The position numbers and the translations under genes are program-made. From Promethearchaeota archaeon (GTDB taxonomy: Archaea; Asgardarchaeota; Lokiarchaeia; Sigyniarchaeales; SOKP01), in the NCBI GenBank assembly GCA_011364925.1, contig RDOA01000004.1:66265-130264 (forward strand): a DNA stretch of 64,000 nt, read 5' to 3'. Positions within the stretch are counted from its first letter, which is position 1, and every line of letters starts with the position of its first letter. The notes below the pieces were generated by a model. It was given only the letters and a program-made list of their open reading frames with translations, was not told the DNA's origin and did not search any database. Below, piece by piece: positions 1 through 9,239 of the stretch.

Positions 1-1
1 T

Positions 2-100
2 TTGGAAAGAGATGTCGAGAATGTATGCAATTTCTTTAAAAAAAAATACAATGTGGAAAGTAACCCTACCAAAATTATTCAATCATTTTATAAAAAATAA
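2..100 (+). CDS. 3' end of a RIO-family Ser/Thr kinase (partial)
   Basis: Frame from position 2 reads LERDVENVCNFFKKKYNVESNPTKIIQSFYKK*, resembling the RIO kinase C-terminal L-x-R-D-x-x-N-x-x-x-F-F-x-K-K-Y motif; not in the ORF track. Confidence 0.7.
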   Translation: MERDVENVCNFFKKKYNVESNPTKIIQSFYKK

Positions 101-108
101 TTAAAAAA

Positions 109-708
109 TTAGTCTTTTTTTAAGTTTCCTTCTATGAACACATCCTCTAAATCTTCTAAAATAATGGTTTTAAGATTGATTGTATGGGAATCAAGAAAAT
201 CAGTCATTTCTTCTAATTCTAATTGTTTTTTAAGAATTGATAATTTCATAATTGTGCTCTTTTTACCTACTCTAAACAGCTCTTTTAATCCTTTATTTAA
301 CACTTGTAAATTCTGTAATGATGTGAAAGACAAAATAAGATTGAATACTCCCTCTCGAAATGGTAGATTTTCAATGTCTCCTAAAATTAGGCTAATTTTA
401 CCAAAGTAATTCCTCTTTTTTAATTTTTTAACAAACTCCTGAAGCATTTTCCATGAGATATCTAAACCTATATACTGTACATCTTTGTGAAAATTTTCAT
501 CGTGTAAATTAGAAATAAATTCAAGTAGAAGGCCTGTACCGCACCCTGCATCTAGTATAGTGATATGCTTAAAATGAATATTTGATAGTTGAAAATTAAA
601 CTTCTCATTTTGGATCCTCCTATATCTCTCATCGTAAAAGCTAGAGGTTGAATTATATTTCTCAATAATTATTTTTTTCTTGTCTGAATCTTCATTTAAA
701 GGTTTCAA
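109..708 (-). CDS. Class I SAM-dependent methyltransferase
   Basis: ILDAGCGTG motif I, GLDIS, GDIENLPF. Confidence 0.9.
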   Translation of the reverse strand: MKPLNEDSDKKKIIIEKYNSTSSFYDERYRRIQNEKFNFQLSNIHFKHITILDAGCGTGLLLEFISNLHDENFHKDVQYIGLDISWKMLQEFVKKLKKRNYFGKISLILGDIENLPFREGVFNLILSFTSLQNLQVLNKGLKELFRVGKKSTIMKLSILKKQLELEEMTDFLDSHTINLKTIILEDLEDVFIEGNLKKD

Positions 709-802
709 TATTCTTAGTAAGGTTTTAATTCGAAAAATGTTTTTCTTTAAATTATCTTTTCAATAATTATAATATTAATGTTTTTTTGATAAAGGTTATA
801 AT

Positions 803-1057
803 ATGTCCAATCAAAACAATAGAAATAAAAACCCATTACATATTTTGCAAGCCGCACAAAACAGTGAAATATTGCTTAGATTAAAGGATGGAACGGAATA
901 TAGAGGATTATTAAAAGAGATTGACGCTTATATGAATATGATTTTGGAAAATGCCACAGAAATAATGGATGGTAGTCCTGTAGCAAAATATAATGAAATC
1001 TTCATTCGTGGTAATAATTTACTATTTATAAAGCCAGATGCTTCTCAAATTACCTAA
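803..1057 (+). CDS. Sm-like (Lsm/SmAP) RNA-binding protein
   Basis: LKDGTEYRGLLKEIDAYMNMILENA (Sm1) and IFIRGNNLLFI (Sm2). Confidence 0.95.
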   Translation: MSNQNNRNKNPLHILQAAQNSEILLRLKDGTEYRGLLKEIDAYMNMILENATEIMDGSPVAKYNEIFIRGNNLLFIKPDASQIT

Positions 1058-1088
1058 ATGAGAACTGTTATTGAAAGCAAGTAACTCA

Positions 1089-1514
1089 ATGAGTTTAAAT
1101 CTCATTCCAATTGTTGGTTATGGCACTTTCATAACTAAAAACCTCTGGATTGATAAAGCTAATATTGAAGTTTGCCTTGTTAAAAATTTTACAAGGATTT
1201 ACCCTAAAGGATCATGGTTTCCATACGCTTTGAGATCAAATGGTTCTTTCAAAGCACTAAAATTCGATGTTAACAAACAAGAACTAAGAACCTTGGATTT
1301 AATTGAGGGAGTTAATGAAGGACTATTTGAAAGAGTATCTACCGAAATATTTCTCAAAAATAATGTAAAATCATCTGCTTTTATTTATATACCCACTCCT
1401 AATACAATCAGATCAGAAAACTTAAGTTTGGAATTAGATACAACAGATCGATGGTTGAAAGAAATTCAAAAGAGTCCTAAAGCCTTAAAAAGATTTCCTG
1501 AATTAATTACATAG
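1089..1514 (+). CDS. Gamma-glutamylcyclotransferase (AIG2/GGCT-like) family protein
   Basis: VGYGT N-terminal motif, LDLIEG, FER, AFIY; start moved to ATG 1089. Confidence 0.75.
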   Translation: MSLNLIPIVGYGTFITKNLWIDKANIEVCLVKNFTRIYPKGSWFPYALRSNGSFKALKFDVNKQELRTLDLIEGVNEGLFERVSTEIFLKNNVKSSAFIYIPTPNTIRSENLSLELDTTDRWLKEIQKSPKALKRFPELIT

Positions 1515-2402
1515 TTAGTCAACTATTTTTGCTTCGACCAAGTCTTTTTTTATTATAGCGTATGATGCTGGATTCGTCGCCCTATAATTATCGGAAGAAA
1601 ATATTGATAGTAATCTCTTGTTGAAAAACCATCTGTAACCTTCTGGAAATACTTCATGCGATCTGATTAAATAATTTAAATTATAATCTTTCATAAAGTC
1701 ATCAAAAACATCTTCACCAAAGAATTTTATTCCAGGTCCTCGAAAACTTTCAGAAAAGCCTTTTAATCCTGATTTAGGGTCATTCCACATAATTTGCATA
1801 AGAATCTTCGCTATAGATTTGAAAGTTAGAGCAATATCTTTTGGTTTCAAACCCTTTAATTTTCTCATAAATTCGATGTCCTCTGGAATACCACCATGTA
1901 AGCATAGAATAGAATTATTCACCAGAGCACAGAAAGGAAGTGCTAGATATAAAGATAAAATTTCATCAAATTTCATTTGACCATAAAATTTTGACATAAA
2001 TACAGAATAAAAACCATAATATTGGTTCATTTCTAATGTCTCGTGATTACCCTTTAATATATAGTATTTATCAGGATATCGAATTTTTAACGCTAGTACC
2101 ATTATTAAGCATTCTAATTGATAGGGACCTCTATCGACAATATCACCTAAAAATATTACAAATCTGGGATTGGTTTGCTCAATAATCTCAACTAATTTTT
2201 GTAAACACCTCAAGTTTCCGTGAATATCTCCAATAACATATACCTCTCTCTCAATTTCCTTAACATTTAATTCCAATAGCAGTGGTTCTTCTTTCAATAT
2301 ATTCACAGCCTGATGGATAATTTGTAAAATACTGTGATATTCTAATTTAGATATTTCATCTGGGTTAGCAATAAGGTCTTTTAAAAACGCTTTATCTATC
2401 AA
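1515..2402 (-). CDS. PPP-family Ser/Thr protein phosphatase (PP1/PP2A-like)
   Basis: GDIHG, GDIVDRG, GNHE, HGGI, WNDP, RSHE, FSSDNY motifs. Confidence 0.95.
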   Translation of the reverse strand: MIDKAFLKDLIANPDEISKLEYHSILQIIHQAVNILKEEPLLLELNVKEIEREVYVIGDIHGNLRCLQKLVEIIEQTNPRFVIFLGDIVDRGPYQLECLIMVLALKIRYPDKYYILKGNHETLEMNQYYGFYSVFMSKFYGQMKFDEILSLYLALPFCALVNNSILCLHGGIPEDIEFMRKLKGLKPKDIALTFKSIAKILMQIMWNDPKSGLKGFSESFRGPGIKFFGEDVFDDFMKDYNLNYLIRSHEVFPEGYRWFFNKRLLSIFSSDNYRATNPASYAIIKKDLVEAKIVD

Positions 2403-2569
2403 TTTTTAATCTTCTTTATATATGAAATTTGTTTTTCATCTGTACTAGTGATACTTTAATTTTTAAATTAGTATGTTATATTTAAATAGAAATAAGATTT
2501 GATTGAAAAAAAAGCGTAAAGTTCTCTAATTTAATTCGATTTTGAATCCTAAAAATAATTTAAATAACG

Positions 2570-4615
2570 TTGAGTTATGTCATGATTTCAGCTTTGGAAA
2601 ACCTAATTATCGCATTTGAAAATCAGAAACTTACAGAGAAAAACTGTAATAAAGATCGGGGCGTAATATATACACCTCAACCGATTGCTGATTTTATGGT
2701 TTTGAATGCTTTTCATATTTTTTTTGATGATTTCCCTCAAATTCAAAAAATCTTTCAAAATGATTACGACGAGACAAAAATGAAACAAATTTTTACAAGT
2801 AATAAAAGTTGTAAAGATCAATTTGAAATTAAAATTAGAAATATTAAAATATTAGATCCTGCTTGTGGTACGGGAAGATATTTAATTGCTATCGCTAATC
2901 TTCTTTTTAAAATTTATAAACTACTAAAGTCAGAGTTCTCGGATCGTGCAATTAAAAAAGAAGTAATTCAGAATCACCTCTACGGAATTGAAATCGATGA
3001 GGCAGCACTAATAGTATCAAAAATTCGTTTAATATCTTGGATTTATTCTGAAGATGATACTCCCCATTTAGATGAAATTATTGATTTAAATTCAAATTTA
3101 AGCGAAATTAATCGCATTATTGATAAATTCAGTGTGAAATTTAATCTATTTAATGTTGATTATCTTATAGATTTTAATTCTGATGATATTGATATTATTA
3201 TAGGAAATCCTCCCTATGTTGAAAATAAAAAGATTTTAGATTTAGAATTCAAAAACAGAATAAAAAAAAAATTCGAGACTGCTTATGGTTTATATGATCT
3301 TAGTATTATTTTCATTGAAAAATCGATCGGATTATTAAAAAATGAAACTGGTTGCTTATCCTTTCTAACAACTAATAAATTCTTATCGGCGGATTATGGT
3401 CTAAAAATCAGACAGATGCTAATGAGAGAAACAGAACTTAAAGAAATTATAAATATCTCATCATTATCTGTTTTTCATAAAACTGCCGCTTATCCTATAA
3501 TAATTACTGCCAAAAAGAGAACGGGAACTAATAATACAGTTATCATAAAGAAGTTTAATCTTATTGAGGATTTTAATCGGTCTAAAAACGAGAAAGTTAT
3601 GGAGTTTGCCCAAGAATCAATTAAAAATCTTCCTTCTTCTGTAATACCCATATCCCATAATGTAAAATTGGTAAACCAATTGTATTCAACTTTCAGACCA
3701 TTGAATCAAGTAATAAGGGACTTAAAAATTCTATATCGTCCTTTTGGATTTATTAATTGGGCAGAAAATGTTAAAAATATTAGTAAAAGTAAAACATCTG
3801 ATAAAGATTTATTGCTAATTGGAACTGGAAATGTTCGGAAGTATCATATTAATTTTAAGAAAAAAATTAAAATTGCAAAAACAAATCACGAAATAACTTA
3901 TTTTAAATTTCATAATGAATATAAACAAGTTTGGACCAACCTTTCCAGTGAAAAATTAATTATTAGGGAAATAGCTAAAGATTTAACTTGTGTATATGAT
4001 CCTGGAGTTTACGCTAATTTAACCGGATTATACTTTATACATGTACCTTCGTTTGAAACTAAGGATTACTTTAATCTATTGACAATACTAAATTCAGATC
4101 TAATTAACTTAGTTTTTAAGACTCTATATGGAACTCTCCATATGTCTGGAGGCTACTTAAGGTTTAACGGAAGTTTCATAAAAAGTCTTCCTCTCCCAGA
4201 GAAAATTCCTCTCGCACTCTCATACATTGGCAAGATACTCCAATTTCTTTATCACCTAAAGTATGAAATGCAACAAAAAGCTGGTTATCATTCACCAAAA
4301 GGATTTGAAATGAAAGACATCCTATATCCCCTCAAATTTTACGAGAAATTATCCAACTCTTTGATAAACCAACTCTATTTATGTTTAAAGCCGTGTGATG
4401 AATTTTTTTCAATTCTAAACTGTTTATCTCCAATCCCTAATATAGAATTTAAGTTCGTGAATCCAAGTTATAAACTACCGAATTATGAAACTTATACAAA
4501 AGAAGAAATAAAAGAACACTTAAACGAAATCAATAAAAGTTTTAATCTTTTAAGAAATGAACAGAAACTGATTAATGGTATGAATAAATACTTAAAGTAT
4601 CTGGTAAAAAATTAA
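2570..4615 (+). CDS. N6-adenine DNA methyltransferase (TaqI/Eco57I-like), orphan
   Basis: GVIYTP, LDPACGTG (motif I), IIGNPPY (motif IV), C-terminal TRD-like region; may start at ATG 2582. Confidence 0.9.
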   Translation: MSYVMISALENLIIAFENQKLTEKNCNKDRGVIYTPQPIADFMVLNAFHIFFDDFPQIQKIFQNDYDETKMKQIFTSNKSCKDQFEIKIRNIKILDPACGTGRYLIAIANLLFKIYKLLKSEFSDRAIKKEVIQNHLYGIEIDEAALIVSKIRLISWIYSEDDTPHLDEIIDLNSNLSEINRIIDKFSVKFNLFNVDYLIDFNSDDIDIIIGNPPYVENKKILDLEFKNRIKKKFETAYGLYDLSIIFIEKSIGLLKNETGCLSFLTTNKFLSADYGLKIRQMLMRETELKEIINISSLSVFHKTAAYPIIITAKKRTGTNNTVIIKKFNLIEDFNRSKNEKVMEFAQESIKNLPSSVIPISHNVKLVNQLYSTFRPLNQVIRDLKILYRPFGFINWAENVKNISKSKTSDKDLLLIGTGNVRKYHINFKKKIKIAKTNHEITYFKFHNEYKQVWTNLSSEKLIIREIAKDLTCVYDPGVYANLTGLYFIHVPSFETKDYFNLLTILNSDLINLVFKTLYGTLHMSGGYLRFNGSFIKSLPLPEKIPLALSYIGKILQFLYHLKYEMQQKAGYHSPKGFEMKDILYPLKFYEKLSNSLINQLYLCLKPCDEFFSILNCLSPIPNIEFKFVNPSYKLPNYETYTKEEIKEHLNEINKSFNLLRNEQKLINGMNKYLKYLVKN

Positions 4616-4701
4616 ATTCTGAAAAATATATAATAATAAAAGCTAAATTTTAGATTATGTTATATTATTTTTAAAAATTAAATAATATTAATGTGAATTC
4701 A

Positions 4702-5019
4702 ATGGCTAAAAAAAAGAATGTACCAGATGAAACTGAAGTGGAAGACGTTCCAGATGGAAAAATGGATGAAGATGGAGACGAGATACTGGATTTATACGAT
4801 GAAAGAGATAATCTTGAGGAAGATCTTGATTACGATCTGAGCGAAATTGAGGATGAAATGTTAGCAGACGAGACTGAAGACGAAGAATTCGGAATGGAAG
4901 TTGATGATGTTGTTAAAATGTTGAGAAGTGTCAAGTGTGATCCATGTCCTGGTTTAAAGAGCAAACCAGGCTGTCAAATTGCTCACGATTATGGTTGTCC
5001 AAAACCAAATAAGCCATAA
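4702..5019 (+). CDS. Small acidic protein with C-terminal Cys4 motif
   Basis: D/E-rich N-terminal two-thirds followed by CDPC-x8-C-x7-C; T-rich tract after the stop. Confidence 0.75.
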   Translation: MAKKKNVPDETEVEDVPDGKMDEDGDEILDLYDERDNLEEDLDYDLSEIEDEMLADETEDEEFGMEVDDVVKMLRSVKCDPCPGLKSKPGCQIAHDYGCPKPNKP

Positions 5020-5026
5020 ATTACAA

Positions 5027-5072
5027 AATTTATTTTCTTTCATTTTTTTTAAAATATTTTTAGTTTTCTTTT
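5027..5072 (+). terminator. Putative oligo-T archaeal terminator
   Basis: Multiple T-runs directly after the stop at 5019. Confidence 0.45.
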
Positions 5073-5101
5073 CCATAAAGGATAATATCTAGGGATATTC
5101 G

Positions 5102-6103
5102 ATGCTAACAAAAACTTATAAACGCGTTATCCTAGTTATTTTTGATGTTTTATTTAGCGCATATATTTGGAATGTAAATGCCTCGTGGGGAAATACATTT
5201 GAAACTTGTTTAATTTTATCAACTACGACATTTTTAATTATATACACGCCATTTGAGATATATTGGAGTTTTAGAGACATATATTTCGACAGATGGGCTG
5301 TAATAAAATTAAACTCGATAGAAACTATTAAAATAAAGATAGATGTTGGTGAAAACAAAAGAGGAAAGAATAGAAAACTGGTAGGCCTTTTAATTACTTC
5401 AAACAATAAGGAGTTCGTTGATTCTAAAAACACTTTAGTTGTTATCTGCCATGGATTTTCAGATTCAAAAGAAACTCTTCAATATTATTACATTCCACTT
5501 GCGCTTCAAGGATATACAATTTTAACATATGACGCTCGAGGAATGGGTGAATCGAAAAAAGTTGGAAGGAGAAGTCAATTTCTTAAAAGAATTGAAGATT
5601 TTAAAATTATTATTGCATGGATTAAGCAACAAGATCAGTTCAAAAATTTTAAAGTAAATGCTGTTGGCTTCAGTATTGGGGCTATCACAGTTCTATGTGG
5701 AGGTTTTTCAAACGATTTTATAAAAAAGATCATAGCTATTTCTGCCATGTCACACTACAAACAAAATATACCAAAATACAATCCAATCATTATGTTTAGT
5801 TACTTACTAAAGGGGGTAAAATTATTTCCAAATAAAGTAGAAAATGATAAATTATCCCCTTATTTGGTGATTAAAAACTCTAAATATTCGCTTTCGGAAG
5901 AAATTTGGAAAAAACTCTCTGAAAGAGTTTTTCTTATTCATGCTAGAAACGATAAAGTTATAAAGATTAAAAATTTTGAAGAAAATGTGAATATTCTGAA
6001 CTTACCAGAACAGAATACTCTCGTGTTGAATGGTGGTGGGCATACTCAAAAAAAAAATGAACTTTTAATAGTCGCAAGCTCTTTAAAGTTTTTAAATTCG
6101 TAA
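5102..6103 (+). CDS. Alpha/beta hydrolase with N-terminal membrane anchor
   Basis: CHGF, YDARGMGES, GFSIG nucleophile elbow, D and H (GGHT) triad candidates; two N-terminal hydrophobic segments. Confidence 0.9.
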   Translation: MLTKTYKRVILVIFDVLFSAYIWNVNASWGNTFETCLILSTTTFLIIYTPFEIYWSFRDIYFDRWAVIKLNSIETIKIKIDVGENKRGKNRKLVGLLITSNNKEFVDSKNTLVVICHGFSDSKETLQYYYIPLALQGYTILTYDARGMGESKKVGRRSQFLKRIEDFKIIIAWIKQQDQFKNFKVNAVGFSIGAITVLCGGFSNDFIKKIIAISAMSHYKQNIPKYNPIIMFSYLLKGVKLFPNKVENDKLSPYLVIKNSKYSLSEEIWKKLSERVFLIHARNDKVIKIKNFEENVNILNLPEQNTLVLNGGGHTQKKNELLIVASSLKFLNS

Positions 6104-6184
6104 TTACTTACTTTCAAAATGTTTTAAGGTTGAGTTTAAATAATTTAGTCTTAAATTATTCTAAATAGTTTCAGGTGAGGATTT

Positions 6185-6370
6185 ATTATAAAATGCCCAA
6201 TATGTAAAGCTGAAATTAAACTTCAAAATCTTGAGAGTCATTATAAAATTACTTTGGGTGATATAGTCAATGGTAAGTTTTTGGGTAAAAACACACTATA
6301 TTACCATAAAAACTGTTTATGTAATAAAACACACTATGATAAACAAATAATATCCCCAATTTCAGAATAG
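6185..6370 (+). CDS. Unannotated ~61 aa zinc-finger protein with ATT/ATA start
   Basis: IIKCPICKAEIK...YYHKNCLCNKTHYDKQIISPISE*; CxxC...HxxC; SD-like AGGTGAGG at 6173-6180; no ATG/GTG/TTG before the CxxC. Confidence 0.65.
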   Translation: MIKCPICKAEIKLQNLESHYKITLGDIVNGKFLGKNTLYYHKNCLCNKTHYDKQIISPISE

Positions 6371-6401
6371 TTAGAAGGATTGATCTATATTATCTGGTTT
6401 T

Positions 6402-7850
6402 CTAACCAAAAAAATCGTCCCAATCAGAAAATTCTACGATTTTATTATAATTTTCTATTATACTCTTGAATATTACACATCCTATGCAAAAAACATTAAC
6501 AAAATCCTTTAGTTTTAGACCCAATAACTTGCTATTTTTTTCTGAAAAACCAACACCTCTGTGAACTTCGATTTTACCATCAAATCCTGATAGATTTACT
6601 ACAAATTCCTGCTTCTCTAAACCTTTAATAAAACTCCCTCTAGCAATTCTTGCTAAACCTCCAATCGGGATTATTTTGTTTTCAGATTGAACTAAATATA
6701 TCCGTAGATCAAACGTGTGCTTCTCACCTTCCCAATCGATAAGGGAAAAATCAGCTTTCTCTTGGATTGTGTAAGGAAAGGGTACCCGGTTTCTTGAAAA
6801 TTTATTATAAAATTCTTCCGTGCTTAAATCCAAGATTTTCTTAATTCCTTTAACATTTTCACTCTTGAGAATTTGAATTACCCCTGCACCACCAGATCCA
6901 CCACTTGGTTTTATTATATAGGATTTGTCATATTTCTTTATCAATTTACTTGCTTTTGAGATTAATTCTTCCTCAGTAAATGCTTTTGTGAATCGTAGAT
7001 ATTTTAAATTATACCTTTTAAGTGTGTTCTTCCTTAAAAAACTAGCAATATATGTGAGAGATTTATCATCAGTAATTCTGAAAATCGGATTAACAATTAT
7101 GGTATTAATTTGCCGAAAATCTTTGCAAACTAACTCGTCAAATCTTTTATTGTGGAATCTCCGCGCTATACCGTCCCCTATCAGGACATTTACAGGCTCA
7201 TTAAGAAACTTGATCCACGAATTAGAAAAAGATAATGCTTGTCTTAGCTGACCATAATCTGCTATAATAAATACGACTTTTGCCTTATGATCCTTGTCAT
7301 AATTATCGAAATTAAAAATTTTTAGTGAAAATCCATCAGATTTAATTCTTTTCCTTAAATATTCAACCATTATTACTTTTTCATGAATTAAACCATCATT
7401 TATTGGAACTCCTACTAACACCAAGATCTTCCTATGTTCTCTGCTATTCTTATTAATTGCCTGAGATATAGCTTCGTAATACCCATCATATAGTAATGAT
7501 TGCTGCTTTTTAGTAAGTATTGATAGCCCTCTATTCGATCCTCCGTTCGTTTCAAGAAGATAAAACTTCTTTTTCTTAGGATCTCTATTCACCATAAAAT
7601 CAATACTTCCTGCATAAAAAGAATATTCGTTATTTACTACATTGTCATTACGCTTTGATAATCTTTTAAGAGCCTTTTTTCTTGCGCAATCGATAAATTC
7701 ATCTTCTTGGGAGGCTCGAAGTTCGGAAAAAGAGATTAAGTCTAACCCTAATGATCTACCTAATGGAACTAATTCTAAATCAGACTCAGATATCTCTTTT
7801 GACATTAATTTTAAGAATTTAGTTAATAAATTCTCTACCAAGGAAACCAC
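6402..7850 (-). CDS. Circularly permuted ATP-grasp peptide ligase (TTL/YheCD-like motifs)
   Basis: C-half: IIKPSGGSGGAGV, YTIQE, FDLRIYLV, GLARIA, VVNLS; the D and ExN motifs (SIDFMV...FYLLETN) lie in the N-terminal part. Confidence 0.8.
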   Translation of the reverse strand: MVSLVENLLTKFLKLMSKEISESDLELVPLGRSLGLDLISFSELRASQEDEFIDCARKKALKRLSKRNDNVVNNEYSFYAGSIDFMVNRDPKKKKFYLLETNGGSNRGLSILTKKQQSLLYDGYYEAISQAINKNSREHRKILVLVGVPINDGLIHEKVIMVEYLRKRIKSDGFSLKIFNFDNYDKDHKAKVVFIIADYGQLRQALSFSNSWIKFLNEPVNVLIGDGIARRFHNKRFDELVCKDFRQINTIIVNPIFRITDDKSLTYIASFLRKNTLKRYNLKYLRFTKAFTEEELISKASKLIKKYDKSYIIKPSGGSGGAGVIQILKSENVKGIKKILDLSTEEFYNKFSRNRVPFPYTIQEKADFSLIDWEGEKHTFDLRIYLVQSENKIIPIGGLARIARGSFIKGLEKQEFVVNLSGFDGKIEVHRGVGFSEKNSKLLGLKLKDFVNVFCIGCVIFKSIIENYNKIVEFSDWDDFFG

Positions 7851-7913
7851 TAAATTGCGGATTTATTAAATAAATCCTCGATTTTCTAATTATTATAATT
7901 ATCTATTAAATAA

Positions 7914-9119
7914 TTATAAATAAAGATATCCTTGGTGATTACCTTTAATGCTTAGTCTTAAGCTTCCAAGTAAAATTTTCTTGATTTGTTTTTGTTCTTT
8001 AAAATTTAAGTCAGAAAATAAAAGAATGTAGTTCTTTTCTGTGTTTATTACGAATAAAAGGCCAATTTTTATAAGTTTAGAATCATTTGTTAATAAAGCA
8101 ACAATGACATAATGATAAGGGAGGTTTACCAGATTGTTAATATTTATCTCTTCTTCTATTATTTTATCATCATCAGCATCATATTCTGCTTTTATAAACT
8201 TAATATCATCTAAAGGTATCGATATTTTTCGAAAATTTTCTAATACTTTAGCAAATTGGCTCTGACGCAAAAATCTTCGTTCATCTTTATCTTTTTCGTA
8301 GAAATACTTATTTTCGTCCTTCAAATATAGTATTTTCCTCTTTTTTGATTTAGACGCATGTTTTTCAATTTTCTCTAATTCTTCGACTTCATCATCATGA
8401 AATATAATTAAGATATCAGGATCAACAGTTTCAATAAAAAAATTCTTATATACAATCCCTGCCTCAGTTTTTATCCATCCATCACTATCGATAAGAACAA
8501 CATCCGTGTCTCTATGGTTTGAACGATAATTTTCAATCAATCCTTTACAGGAGTGTGCTACAATAAATTTAAAATTAGCTTTAGGGAAAGTACTACCTAT
8601 AAATACTGTCTCTTCAGTTTCGACATCAGCGCTAGTAATAATTTTATCTTTTATTTCTCCAATATTTAATGTTGTTGGAAGGTATAACAATTGTTGTCCT
8701 AGATCCGAATCCAAAAATGATGCTTTTAGGCCTTCTTTAAGGATATTGTTGGCTAAATACTTTATAAGAGTTGTTTTACCATTACTTAATCCTAATACCA
8801 TGAGTTTTAGGGGCTTTTTATCTTCGTTTTTTCGAATTACACTAATAACAGTGTCCTTAATCTTTTCCCATTCTTTATTTATGGTGTTTTCTTCGATAAT
8901 TTTAAGGTTGTTTTTATTGTTTGTTAATATTTCTAGCTTTGATGGTTCTAAAGCATACAGAGGATAGTTATTAGCGCTTGGCACTATTATTACATTTTCA
9001 TTCTCGAGTTTTTCTGGGATGAATACTTTACCAAAAACCTCTATTTTTCCCTCTAAAAGTTTAACCCTTGAAGGACCCTTTACTAAGAGAGTGTATTCTT
9101 TTTGAACTTCTTGTATCAT
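7914..9119 (-). CDS. Clp1/Grc3 (Nol9)-family polynucleotide 5'-kinase
   Basis: N-terminal LLVKGPSRV, P-loop GLSNGKTT, DSDLGQ, IDSDGW, ERRFLR lid. Confidence 0.85.
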   Translation of the reverse strand: MIQEVQKEYTLLVKGPSRVKLLEGKIEVFGKVFIPEKLENENVIIVPSANNYPLYALEPSKLEILTNNKNNLKIIEENTINKEWEKIKDTVISVIRKNEDKKPLKLMVLGLSNGKTTLIKYLANNILKEGLKASFLDSDLGQQLLYLPTTLNIGEIKDKIITSADVETEETVFIGSTFPKANFKFIVAHSCKGLIENYRSNHRDTDVVLIDSDGWIKTEAGIVYKNFFIETVDPDILIIFHDDEVEELEKIEKHASKSKKRKILYLKDENKYFYEKDKDERRFLRQSQFAKVLENFRKISIPLDDIKFIKAEYDADDDKIIEEEININNLVNLPYHYVIVALLTNDSKLIKIGLLFVINTEKNYILLFSDLNFKEQKQIKKILLGSLRLSIKGNHQGYLYL

Positions 9120-9239
9120 GTATTTCTCAAATCATCCTTTATAAAAAATAATAACTATTTCTTAACGTACATTTATACTTATTAACTAATAGAAATATAC
9201 TTTTTCTTTCTGATTTTGAAATTTTTGGTTGTGAATAAT

